Notes under the pieces: model-generated | Told to the model about the DNA's origin: nothing | Seen by the model: only the letters and a program-made list of their open reading frames with translations | Databases searched by the model: none | Source: Proteromonas lacertae | Lineage: Eukaryota | Direction of reading: 5' to 3' | Assembly (NCBI GenBank): GCA_002245135.1 | Contig: NGBS01000900.1 | Location: forward strand, 48,707 to 68,706 | DNA length: 20,000 nt | Program-made: the position numbers and the translations under genes | Shown here: one piece after another, positions 1 through 10,696 of the stretch | Numbering within the stretch: the stretch's first letter is position 1 | Layout: the number at the start of each line of letters is the position of its first letter

Positions 1-1993
1 CTTACTGATATTGATCTATCTGATTGTTGTATTACTCCAGCAGGATGTTATTTATTGTGTTATTCTATTATGAAATCTGTATATAAACAATATTATTATT
101 ATTATTATTATTATTTAGAAATCATTAAAGTTAGTGTTGTTAGAAAAGAATCCAATAGGTATTCAAGGTGGAAGAGAAGTAGTTAATTTATTATCAAAAG
201 TGGGAAATGAAGTGGAAGTATCAATAGCTCAGTGTAATTTAAATGAACCTCCAATTCAAGGATTATTTGATAGAACAGCTGCTCCTGGTGTGTATGATTT
301 AGATTTAAAGAATGCAGTTGGTTATGTTACAGCTGAATATATGTTAGATTGTATATTTATTATTATTGTTATATTTGTACAGTCTTTAATACAAGAGGTA
401 AGATTTCATTTGGTTATTGTTATATTAAATATAATGATAATATCAAACAATTGAATTTGGAACAAAGATTAAGATATGATGAAAAATCAAAGTATTCATA
501 TGTTGTGGTTATTGATAAAGCTTCGGAATTCACTATACCAAAAGATGGTATTTTACATTTACAAATATCTTATCAACCATTACCATTAAAACCCATTGAA
601 AGAGTTGAAACAATTAAACCATTTATATATTATTCTGATGTATATATATATATATATATATATATTTATCAATATTTCTTATAGCCATCAAAACCATTGG
701 AATTGATACAGTTAGCTAGTGATATATGTTATTATACTTCTGATCAAATATATTCAGCTTTACCACTTGTTTCATTACAAAACCGAGTAGAATTCTTAGT
801 GAAGTATATAACAATATATATATATATATATATATATTATTGTAGTGTATTACCTCGTTTGATAGATTATGATAATCATTTTGCAATTATTGAACAAGCA
901 ATAGAAATAGATCAAATAATCAGATTAAAAAATCAATTGAATGAATTCTATTGGTTCTCTCCATCACATCCAACAGGTCGTTATGAAATAGATTTATGTA
1001 GTAAAACTGACAAAATTTTACTAACTCAATTAGTAATGAAGAATAATGAAGAAGCACAAATAAGAAATGAAAATAAACTATTTGATTTAAGTCAGCATTC
1101 CAATATGTCATGTTTTAGAAATGAAAAGATTCACAAAGGTAGTTTATTTGTATTAGATGAAGACTTTTATAATGGTATAAATGATCATACAGGAATTATA
1201 TCATTTGATTTCATTTCTACTTCAAGACCATATCCATTAGATAAGATAATAAGTTGGGAAGAAGTTCAAGGTTTAGCAAACAAATTAGGAGTAATAACAA
1301 ATGAATTGATTGAAAAGAAAAAAATTGAATTAACAATTGATGATGAAGATGTTTTTACTGAGTATATATATTCATATTAATTATGTTATATAGAGCTTTA
1401 AAAGGTTTTAAATGGTTATTAAGAGATTGTGTAATAACTACAAATACATTAGTAAATATAATGAATTCTTATGTTCCTAATTTGTTTCTCCATTTGAAGT
1501 TAGATATTTTAACATTCTTTTTTCCTAATATTATTGATTTAGAGAATTTTATGGAAGTATAATTATTTATATTGTATTATTAATATAGAGATGTGTAAGA
1601 CATAATTTGACTGAAACATTAATAACAAAAATCATCGATGTTATTGGTATTTTGAATATTGTTAATCCAGTGAATATGTATGGTGAATTTGAAGTGAATT
1701 TAGAGTATAGTGATGGTAATTATTTTGCTATGTTCATACAGAAACTAATGACCGAAGAGAATAAACTGAATAAGACTAAATGTGTTAGTGAAACTACATA
1801 TGATGTATCAGGGGATGGTCAATTCAGTGAAGATTATAATTTGGGAATTACATTTGATGAAAAATATGAAATTCCAACAGAAGGTGTTTTAAGATTTACT
1901 TATAATGCTGATCGTATTGATTTAGGACTTAGAAATGAAAGTAGAACATTCTTTTTGATAGGAAGTTTTTTGAATAGAACATATTTTATGTAA
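1..1993 (+). CDS. Leucine-rich-repeat protein with uncharacterised C-terminal region (5' end outside window; multi-exon)
   Basis: Frame from base 1 reads LTDIDLSDCCITPAGCYLL and splices to KSLKLVLLEKNPIGIQGG, resembling RI-like LRRs (LxxLxLxxNxI). GT-AG introns at 79-118, 351-382, 640-684, 804-845 (in frame), 1362-1393 and 1557-1588 join ORFs 134, 349, 697, an unlisted exon (1394-1556) and ORF 1607 into one frame ending TAA at 1991-1993. Confidence 0.75.
641..665. repeat. (TA)n microsatellite inside intron
   Basis: Directly visible. Similar (TA)n/(TAT)n tracts lie in introns at 91-114, 815-837, 9086-9102 and 17664-17685. Confidence 0.9.
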
Positions 1994-2178
1994 AATATAT
2001 ACCTTAGTTTTAAATGATTTTTATTCCTACAAAGTTTAATATTTTCATCATTTTAATCTTATTCTGGTGATTTACAACCAAAATTTATTATTTTTAATTC
2101 TATTCTTAATCTTTTACATATAAAGCAACAATAAATGCTTCAATATAATAGATATAATAATTGTTTTTCTTATTTTGT

Positions 2179-4300
2179 TTATTCGTTAACCCACCATTTA
2201 GATAGTTCTATAACTCCTCTCTCACTTGTGCATGTGTAAAGATTCAAGCCACTTGGAATATTTGTGAAGAGAATTATGTTTTCACCATTTACATCTTTAA
2301 TTGAGAAAATTTTATTGTTCATGTCAAATAACACTTCAAATTTATGTAGATCGACATTTTTAGGATAATTATTAATTTCTACTCCAATGTTACATTTGCT
2401 TAAGTTATAAGAATGTAAGTAAACTTCACAAAATTTGCCACACTTATTATACTTCATATGATATGAATCTAAAACACCACCTACTTGCGTGGAATATGTA
2501 GAAGTGTAGAAAATGAAATGATAGACGCCCTTTTCCATCTTTATATCATAAAAAGTTCTTCTGTAATACTCTCTTCTATAGCTTAAGAATATTTCTGTTT
2601 TCATTCCTTTTTTGTAAGCTTTATTTATACATGAGTAATTATCTACTTAATTAATATAAATATATATATACTGTCATATTCCCAACAGATCTTTTCCATT
2701 TTATAATGAATTTCATCCCAAACATTTTTAATAGATATAGTTATATGTCCTGAATATGATTTATGGACTTTACCAATTATTTCTCCATTCCTTATATTAA
2801 AGAACATATCAGGTAAACCTATACAAAATATATTTTAAATACTAGCTTCTATAAGAGAAAACTCTTCAACATCTCCATCAATTCGTGGTTTTAATATTCC
2901 ATTTTCATTATTAAATAAATCTCCATCATAATCCGCACTTTTAATTCTTCGATCTATAATTGAATATATAAAAAATATTACATTTTATTTTCTTTCTTTT
3001 TGTTTCATCTTTTATTATTTCATTTATTATTTCATTTTCTCTATCTTCAATACCTCTTTTATGAATATAATAATATATTATGTTAATATCATAATTTCTA
3101 TTTAAAAATATTTTGTCATTCTCAATGAAATCATATATTAATTCCATCTTACATTTCTTTACCATTATATCAAGGAGATTATCAATATCATTACATCCAA
3201 TCATAAATACTGAAATACACTTTAAAATATTCTTACTCCTGTTATTTCTTTTCAAATAATTATCCCATTTATTATCATTATACTCATTTAGTAATTCATT
3301 CAATACTTCCTTGTATTCTTTATAATCTATTATCTCGTTGTATTTATAGAATAATAAAAGTATAAACATTTTGATTATCATATTTCCTTTACTTAGTAAC
3401 ACACTTTTGTCTCTCTTTTTATTAATTCACAAATTTCTTTTTCATTATCTTCATCATCTAAAAATATGTGAAAATCTAATATATACTTTCAATTTCTATT
3501 TCTTCATCTTTTTGGGGATAATGTTCAATAAGATACTCATATACAGTTTGATTTTTTATTCTAGGCACTGGAGTGTATTCAATAAAGCGATTTCTTTCAT
3601 TTTCATGAAATCTTTTCAGTTGCGTTTCTATTAAACATTTATCTTCATATGAAAAATATTCTTCGTTCTTCTTTATATAATTTTCAAAAATTGTTTCTAA
3701 TTCTTTTTTGTTTCCATTGAATTTTATTTTATTCAGAAATATTTCTAGTAATGTATTTACATTCATTTCATTTATAAGTTGTTCATTTAATAATCTATAA
3801 TTCTTTACACTTAAATAGTTTTCTATTTCTATTTTCATCTCTAATAATTGTTTGTTATACAGTATACTCTTTTCATTTAATAATTCAACTACTATTCTTA
3901 CATTTTCATTTATTCTTTTCATTATATAATCTTTCAGAATATTTAATAATCGATTCTCATTATAACAAACACAAATTAATAACATTTTCACACAATTATG
4001 ATCATGTATGTTTATTTCATTTCCTTTATAATATCTTTCTAGTAAAAGAAAACTTTCTTTACTACATCGTTCATATATTTCTAAAGGTTCTTTAAGCTCT
4101 TTATCTTCTAAGATTTGGCGAAATGTGTCATTAAAATAATAAAATAAAAACTTAGATGTTTTTATTTCTTCTCTCTCAACCACTACTCTCAAATCATCAA
4201 ATCCATATTTTATTACTTGACGAATCGCTCTAATTATAAAAATTATATCCGAATAAAAATAATACCCTTCATTATTACATAAATCAGATCTTATATACAT
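2179..4300 (-). CDS. BTB/POZ + putative Ig (He_PIG-like) + SPRY-like domain protein, paralog 1
   Basis: Introns 4230-4265, 3458-3486, 2954-2981, 2819-2842 and 2643-2671 give one open frame. N-terminus FDDLRVVVEREEIKTSKFLF...ESFLLLERYYKGNEINI is BTB-like. LKPRIDGDVEEFSLIEASLPDMFFNIRNGEIIGKV is He_PIG-like. C-terminus IKMEKGVYHF...FEVLFDMNNKIFSIK is SPRY-like. Colinear with the gene at 10898-13043. Confidence 0.75.
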
Positions 4301-4530
4301 CTATATGTTTATCTAAAACAAAACGATAAAAGAGGTAAATTGATGTAAATTACATTAATCATGTCAGAAGTTCATATTTGACTTTATGAATGAATATATA
4401 ATAAATATCACTATTAACTACTTTAACAGTTATATTCATAGTTTAAGCTAATACTTTTGCTATTATAATGTGAATTTCTTATTTATTAAGCGTAGATGTT
4501 TTAAATAGGGAAGATGAGAAATTTTTAAAA

Positions 4531-4602
4531 GGGGATTTGGTGTAGTGGTATCACGTTTGCTTTGCACGCAAAAGGTCACGGGTTCAATTCCCGTAGTCTC
4601 CA
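4531..4602 (+). tRNA. tRNA-Ala: tRNA-Ala(UGC)
   Basis: Cloverleaf: acceptor GGGGATT/AGTCTCC with the G3:U70 alanine identity pair, anticodon stem TTTGC/GCAAA with TGC at 4563-4565, T arm ACGGG-TTCAATT-CCCGT, discriminator A. No genomic CCA. Confidence 0.97.
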
Positions 4603-4621
4603 TTTTCTTTTTTTTTTCTTT
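4603..4621 (+). terminator. Pol III oligo-dT terminator of tRNA-Ala
   Basis: TTTTC followed by a long T run starts immediately after the discriminator base. Confidence 0.8.
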
Positions 4622-4632
4622 CTTTTAACTTT

Positions 4633-6247
4633 TGAATATGACTTTTATAATGAACAATTTGCTTAATACCCACAAATCAAAAATATATAAACCAATCAAT
4701 GATTTTTATCATTTAATTCTTTTAAATCGCTTTACTTGAATTGAGCAAATAATTGAACTGGTAAATTGTCAAATGTTTCTTTGCTACACCATCTATCAGC
4801 TAATTGTTTCTTTTGTTCTTCATTATCAAGTTTTACTTCAGTCCAAGTGAAATATTCAGCATCGGGATTGTTTTCTAACATTGGTTCGATTGAATGACCT
4901 CTTATTAACCAAGCACCTTTCACTTTGTATGGTTTATGTTCTTCATCACCATAAATTATCATTGTTCCAAAGGCATATTTTCTTAAAGCATCACATCTTT
5001 GAATATAACCATCAACCTATTCATTATTATTATATATATATATATATTATATATAGTTTATAATATTATCTTAGTGCAAATCCAAATATATTATTTAAAT
5101 TCACTATATTGGTGACGTAAAAGATATTTCATTATATGTTCTTTTATATTCATAAATATTTATTTATATTAAATATTCATTAGCAATAAAAAAACAAAAC
5201 ACAAGAACAATAGAAGAAATAGAAGAGAGATATAATAATAATATAATATAATATATATATATATACAAAGTTAGCAGTCATGAATAATACTTCATTATCA
5301 GTATCATACATGTAATCACTAAGCCATAAACTCCAACCTTCAGCATCATACACTGGATAGAATAAATCCATTACTTTATGGAAATCAGCTTCATGATAAT
5401 TGGAATAAGTTCTTAACCAATCATCTAATACCATCTTTGTTGGTGGCTAATTCTTCAAATGGATTTTTAGCTTTAGGTTTTGGAGCTTCTTCAGCTGGAG
5501 CTTCAGCTTTTTCACTCTTGTTTTCTTTTTTACCTTCTTTTTCTTTCTTAGGTTTTTCATAAGTCATCATTTTTTCACATAATTCAACTTTTCCTAACAC
5601 AGCTGAGAATTCAGGTTGATTGATTAAAGTTATAAACCAACGAGTAACATTTGGAATTCCTTTACGATAACTAGCATCGAATAAATTCTTGAAACCCATC
5701 ATAAGTGTACAGCATAATACAATATCAGCTAAACTGATTCTTTCACCTGCAATAAAGGTATGATGTAATAAATAATCATCCATGATTTTAAGTAAAGTAG
5801 CTGTCTTAGCTTTAGCTTGGGTTTCTTCGTTTTGACGGTATTGACCATATCCAAATAATGGACCTAACCAAGCCAACAAAGCTGGAGCCAATTCAGTGTT
5901 ATTCCAGTCACACCATTGATCTACTTGACCACATTCATAAAAACTGTTTCCACATAAACCAACATCTGGTCTCATTCTAGCTACATAACGAGCAATGGCG
6001 TTACTTTCGAATAAACAACCTTCTGGGGTTTCTAAGGTTGGTACTTTACCATTTGGATTCTTTTTTAAGAATTCTGGTGTTTTGTTTTCTTCTCCAAACT
6101 TGAAGGCTGGTACATTGATCTTTACATTACAGTATTGAGCTGCAATTAAAGCCTTGTTGGAGTTAATGCTGTTTGGATATGTATATAATGTCTACAATAT
6201 AAAATAAATGCATTATATTCTATACAAGACTCATTTCGATTGATTTA
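4633..6247 (-). repeat. Left arm of 1,615-bp inverted repeat (eEF1B-gamma gene plus ~100 bp 3' flank)
   Basis: Reverse complement matches 7886-9500, including both introns and the 3' flank. Confidence 0.95.
4732..6234 (-). CDS. EEF1G: Translation elongation factor eEF1B-gamma, copy 1 (1-nt insertion at 5447 frameshifts it as assembled)
   Basis: MSL|TLYTYPNSINSNKALIAAQY...NPNGKVPTLETPEGCLFESNAIARYVA is the GST-like N-domain. A Lys/Glu-rich linker and the C-domain LDDWLRTYSN...GAWLIRG...FK follow. Introns 6192-6225 and 5017-5266. An extra base at 5447 relative to copy 2 gives a premature TGA at 5421-5423. Confidence 0.9.
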
Positions 6248-6272
6248 AAATATGAATTTTGATCTAAGAAAA

Positions 6273-6281
6273 TGATTGGTT
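6273..6281 (-). promoter_or_regulatory. CCAAT box (AACCAATCA) upstream of eEF1B-gamma copy 1
   Basis: The same 9-mer lies at the same distance (~38-39 nt) from the ATG of copy 2, although the surrounding sequence does not align. Confidence 0.55.
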
Positions 6282-6367
6282 GAAAATATAACGAATAGTA
6301 TTTCAAAAACTCATATCACAAGAAATACAAAAACAATTGCATAAATAAATACAATTTACTGTTACTA

Positions 6368-7631
6368 CTAATTGTCTGAATTATATAACTCACTTATATC
6401 CTCATAATTCAATTCTACTGTCTCATTCTTATATTCACCATTCAACAGCAATACAGTACAATTATATTTATTAATATTAATAGAAACAATCTCTCCAATT
6501 GAATTCCTAAATGCACCATTCAAAACCAACACTTTCTTACCTTTCTTTGGAATTACAGTTTCTAAGTCTTCTTGATCCATTCCTATTTCAGTTCCACTAT
6601 CAATAACTTTCAAATATGCCAAATATTTATCTTTTACAGATGTAATACAGGCTTTTCTTTTATATAATTTTCCTTCTAAAATGTCTTTATTTTTTATTTT
6701 CACAATTATATTTGGATATACCCAATTATCACTTCTATTTTCTTTTTCTAATCTTTCTATCTTTCTTTTCTTTTTTCCTTCTTCTTCTTTCATTATTAAA
6801 TCAACATTTGACATATTTATCTTTCGTTTTTTTGATACTATATCGATTTTTATAGAATTATTGTCTTTTATGAAATTATCATTGTTTTTTATTATGTTTT
6901 GTTTAGCTTGCTTTATTTCTATAGCTATTGGTTTATTAATATTTTCATTTTCTTCTATTTTAGTAACATTTTCTTCTTCCTCTTCTTTATTTTCTTCATT
7001 TTTATTTTTTTCATATTGCTCTTCTTCTTTTTTCAATTTCTTTAATTGTCTTTTCATTTCTTTTATTTTTCTTTCTTCTTCTATTGCTTCACTTTTTATT
7101 CTACTTTCTTCTTTTTCCTTTTCAATCATTTTCAATGGATCTTGGTTAATAAATTCTATATAATATCCTTTATCACTATTTTCTATATTACACTTTCCTG
7201 TTTGGCCTAAATGTTTTATAAATGCATTTAATGTTTCCCAACGAGTAGAATTCATGTGTTGGTGATATTTATCACTAATAAATTCTGTATAGCTACAAAA
7301 TATATATATTATTTATAAATTATACACTATATTTGCTAAAACTTTACGATCATGATATCTAAATTCTAATAATTTCAAAAACTCATTTTCAAATATTTGG
7401 GAGTTTCTTTCTAGTATTTTAGGTGCATTTTGAGAAAATAGTTCCATTTGTCTAACATGTGCTTCAGAACTGCAATGACATTTAAAACCATTTTGATCTC
7501 TACATTGTTTTTGACACATTTGACAATACCACTTTAACTTTTGCATTGAAGCATTCTATTTAACATAATTATATTTCTTTCTATACTTTCATTCGATTTG
7601 AGCTACTATTATCATAAGAATTAGAAGACAT
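6368..7631 (-). CDS. KIN17: KIN17 DNA/RNA-binding protein
   Basis: QKLKWYCQMCQKQCRDQNGFKCHCSSEAHVRQM zinc finger, HMNSTRWETL winged-helix motif, C-terminal KOW region DQEDLETVIP...VLVLNGAFR. Introns 7556-7586 and 7293-7325; ATG at 7631. Confidence 0.95.
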
Positions 7632-7852
7632 GCTTCAAAAAACAAAAAATAAAATTCTATCAAAACAGGTTTATAAAAATATTTTTCACTCCCCATAACT
7701 GTCAAAGTAATATTAATTCCAGTGTATTACATAGTTATGAATGATTAAATGCAATTTATAATAAAATTTCTGGGTTTAAATGAAAAATTCGGAAGATTAC
7801 ACAGAAAAAAAGAAATATTATTCCAAAATTAAATCCGTTTTTAAAGTAAATT

Positions 7853-7861
7853 AACCAATCA
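7853..7861 (+). promoter_or_regulatory. CCAAT box (AACCAATCA) upstream of eEF1B-gamma copy 2, within the divergent KIN17/eEF1B-gamma intergenic region
   Basis: Positionally conserved with 6273-6281. Confidence 0.55.
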
Positions 7862-7898
7862 TATTGTTGCATTTCTATTCATTAATAAATCAATCGAA

Positions 7899-9401
7899 AT
7901 GAGTCTTGTATAGAATATAATGCATTTATTTTATATTGTAGACATTATATACATATCCAAACAGCATTAACTCCAACAAGGCTTTAATTGCAGCTCAATA
8001 CTGTAATGTAAAGATCAATGTACCAGCCTTCAAGTTTGGAGAAGAAAACAAAACACCAGAATTCTTAAAAAAGAATCCAAATGGTAAAGTACCAACCTTA
8101 GAAACCCCAGAAGGTTGTTTATTCGAAAGTAACGCCATTGCTCGTTATGTAGCTAGAATGAGACCAGATGTTGGTTTATGTGGAAACAGTTTTTATGAAT
8201 GTGGTCAAGTAGATCAATGGTGTGACTGGAATAACACTGAATTAGCTCCAGCAGTTTCAGCCTGGATATATCCATTACTTGGATATGGACAATACCGTCA
8301 AAACGAAGAAACCCAAGCTAAAGCTAAGACAGCTACTTTACTTAAAATCATGGATGATTATTTATTACATCATACCTTTATTGCAGGTGAAAGAATCAGT
8401 TTAGCTGATATTGTATTATGCTGTACACTTATGATGGGTTTCAAGAATTTATTCGATGCTAGTTATCGTAAAGGAATTCCAAATGTTACTCGTTGGTTTA
8501 TAACTTTAATCAATCAACCTGAATTCTCAGCTGTGTTAGGAAAAGTTGAATTATGTGAAAAAATGATGACTTATGAAAAACCTAAGAAAGAAAAAGAAGG
8601 TAAAAAAGAAAACAAGAGTGAAAAAGCTGAAGCTCCAGCTGAAGAAGCTCCAAAACCTAAAGCTAAAAATCCATTTGAAGAATTACCACCAACAAAGATG
8701 GTATTAGATGATTGGTTAAGAACTTATTCCAATTATCATGAAGCTGATTTCCATAAAGTAATGGATTTATTCTATCCAGTGTATGATGCTGAAGGTTGGA
8801 GTTTATGGCTTAGTGATTACATGTATGATACTGATAATGAAGTATTATTCATGACTGCTAACTTTGTATATATATATTATATTATATTATATTATTATTA
8901 TATCTCTCTTCTATTTCTTCTATTGTTCTTGTGTTTTGTTTTTTTATTGCTAATGAATATTTAATATAAATAAATATTTATGAATATAAAAGAACATATA
9001 ATGAAATATCTTTTACGTCACCAATATAGTGAATTTAAATAATATATTTGGATTTGCACTAAGATAATATTATAAACTATATATAATATATATATATATA
9101 TAATAATAATGAATAGGTTGATGGTTATATTCAAAGATGTGATGCTTTAAGAAAATATGCCTTTGGAACAATGATAATTTATGGTGATGAAGAACATAAA
9201 CCATACAAAGTGAAAGGTGCTTGGTTAATAAGAGGTCATTCAATCGAACCAATGTTAGAAAACAATCCCGATGCTGAATATTTCACTTGGACTGAAGTAA
9301 AACTTGATAATGAAGAACAAAAGAAACAATTAGCTGATAGATGGTGTAGCAAAGAAACATTTGACAATTTACCAGTTCAATTATTTGCTCAATTCAAGTA
9401 A
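7899..9401 (+). CDS. EEF1G: Translation elongation factor eEF1B-gamma, copy 2 (intact)
   Basis: ATG 7899, introns 7908-7941 and 8866-9116. Continuous frame ...FMTANF|VDGYIQRCDALRKYAFGTM...FAQFK stop. GST-N, GST-C and EF1G C-domain motifs are present. Confidence 0.97.
8924..9070 (+). ncRNA. Candidate intron-encoded structured RNA (H/ACA-snoRNA-like two-hairpin layout); second copy in intron 5017-5266 on the minus strand
   Basis: The intron is 251 nt against 24-45 nt elsewhere. Stems TGTTCTT/AAGAACA (8924-8930/8990-8996), ATGAATATTTA/TAAATATTTAT and TATCTT/AAGATA (9007-9012/9061-9066). No clean ACA box. Confidence 0.35.
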
Positions 9402-9637
9402 AGCGATTTAAAAGAATTAAATGATAAAAATCATTGATTGGTTTATATATTTTTGATTTGTGGGTATTAAGCAAATTGTTCATTTTAAAAGTCATATTCA
9501 TAATTAATGCTATAAATACATTTCAAATAATTAATAAAACGAAATTAAGTATTTATATATAGTTTTTTTGAAGAGGAAAAGAATCAATCATCAAATTAAT
9601 TCTTCAGTTTAAAAGATTTCAATTACATTCTATACTA

Positions 9638-9691
9638 AAAACAATAGCAGATGTTATAGAGTCTATTACCTTTGCTTTGTATGAAGATTCA
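9638..9691 (+). pseudogene. Remnant C-terminal half of an upstream RNase III (IIIa-like) domain, in frame with the downstream gene but lacking a start codon
   Basis: KTIADVIESITFALYEDS matches the KxxADxxEAxxGAxYxD RNase III motif. The frame is closed upstream by TGA 9569-9571 with no intervening ATG. Confidence 0.55.
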
Positions 9692-9724
9692 GTAGATTTG
9701 GCAGTGTATTTTATTTGTTATATA

Positions 9725-10696
9725 ATGGAAGAACAGTTTAAGGATTATTATGCTTATGTTGTAGCTGTTTTAAATATAAATCATTATTGTCATACAACAA
9801 TTCATCATGATAAAGAGTTTAAAGAGGAAGAAGAAATTGTAAGAAAACATAACATTGAAAGTATATTGGATTATGATTTTGATGATAAAAGAATTCTGTA
9901 TGAATCATTTTCAAAGAGTATTTATCACGAGAGATTGGAGTATTTAGGTGATGCAATATTAGATTGGATATTATTTTTAGATATTTATTCCAAATATAAA
10001 GAATCATTAACTCCGCTTATTATATATGGTATATATGATAAAGAGTATATATATTTATATAGATCTAAGAGCTAACTTAACATCAAATGAAGCACAATGC
10101 TATATTTTTTGTTCTTTAGGATTACATAATGTTTTGATAGATACAACAACTGATCATTCCAAAATTGATGAATATGTATTTATATATTCATGATTATATA
10201 TATTTAATAGATTGAAAAGTTAAGAAAAGGTCAAATTAATTTTGGAAATGGAAGTGAATTCAAAACAATCTCTCCTTTATGTCCTTCCTCTGCATTATTA
10301 GAAATTGAAAAAATAGATGAATTTGGATGTGGAAATAGAAATATAACCTGGAAAGTATTAAGTGATACTTTTGAAGCTTTAATTGGAGGTGTATTATTAG
10401 ATGGTGGAATAAGCAAGACAATTCAAGTTGTACATAGAATAATGGAACCTTTTCTGTCTAAACATATGAATATTGATAATATTAAACACCATCCTGCTAC
10501 TAATCTACAGCTTTATGTTCAGGAGAATAAAATGAATATGTCTATTGAATGTACATTACTTTCAGATGATCAATACGAATGTAAAATCATTATAGATAAC
10601 ACACTATACGCAACTGAGAAGGATTTCAAAAAGAAAGAAGCAGTGTATAAAGCTTATATTACTGCAAATCGTGTTTTAAATATTGCTAATAAATAA
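9725..10696 (+). CDS. RNase III + dsRBD protein (Dicer-like C-terminal module), 300 aa from first in-frame ATG
   Basis: ILDYDFDDKRIL...HERLEYLGDAILD signature, LRANLTSNE, WKVLSDTFEALIGGVLLDGG, then a dsRBD-like HHPATNLQLYVQ...KKKEAVYKA. Introns 10029-10062 and 10176-10210. True start uncertain. Confidence 0.85.

Larger units (their letters stand above)
7886..9500 (+). repeat. Right arm of 1,615-bp inverted repeat
   Basis: Matches the reverse complement of 4633-6247; similarity ends after GTCATATTCA at 9500. Confidence 0.95.

Noticed and set aside
640..845. YIYIYIYI peptide repeats in the ORF track; possible repeat array
   Set aside because: These are translated (TA)n tracts inside introns. 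There is no CRISPR-like repeat-spacer structure.
6681..7163. 160-aa hydrophobic plus-strand ORF resembling a membrane protein
   Set aside because: It is the antisense shadow of the Lys/Glu-rich KIN17 coding strand.
4633..9500. Inverted repeat read as transposon terminal inverted repeats
   Set aside because: The arms are complete housekeeping genes, the spacer encodes KIN17 rather than a transposase, and I saw no target-site duplication.
4633..10696. Idea that the adjacent RNase III processes a hairpin RNA from the inverted repeat
   Set aside because: Both eEF1B-gamma copies are transcribed outward and give same-sense mRNAs. A fold-back needs a ~5-kb transcript across both arms, for which the sequence gives no evidence.
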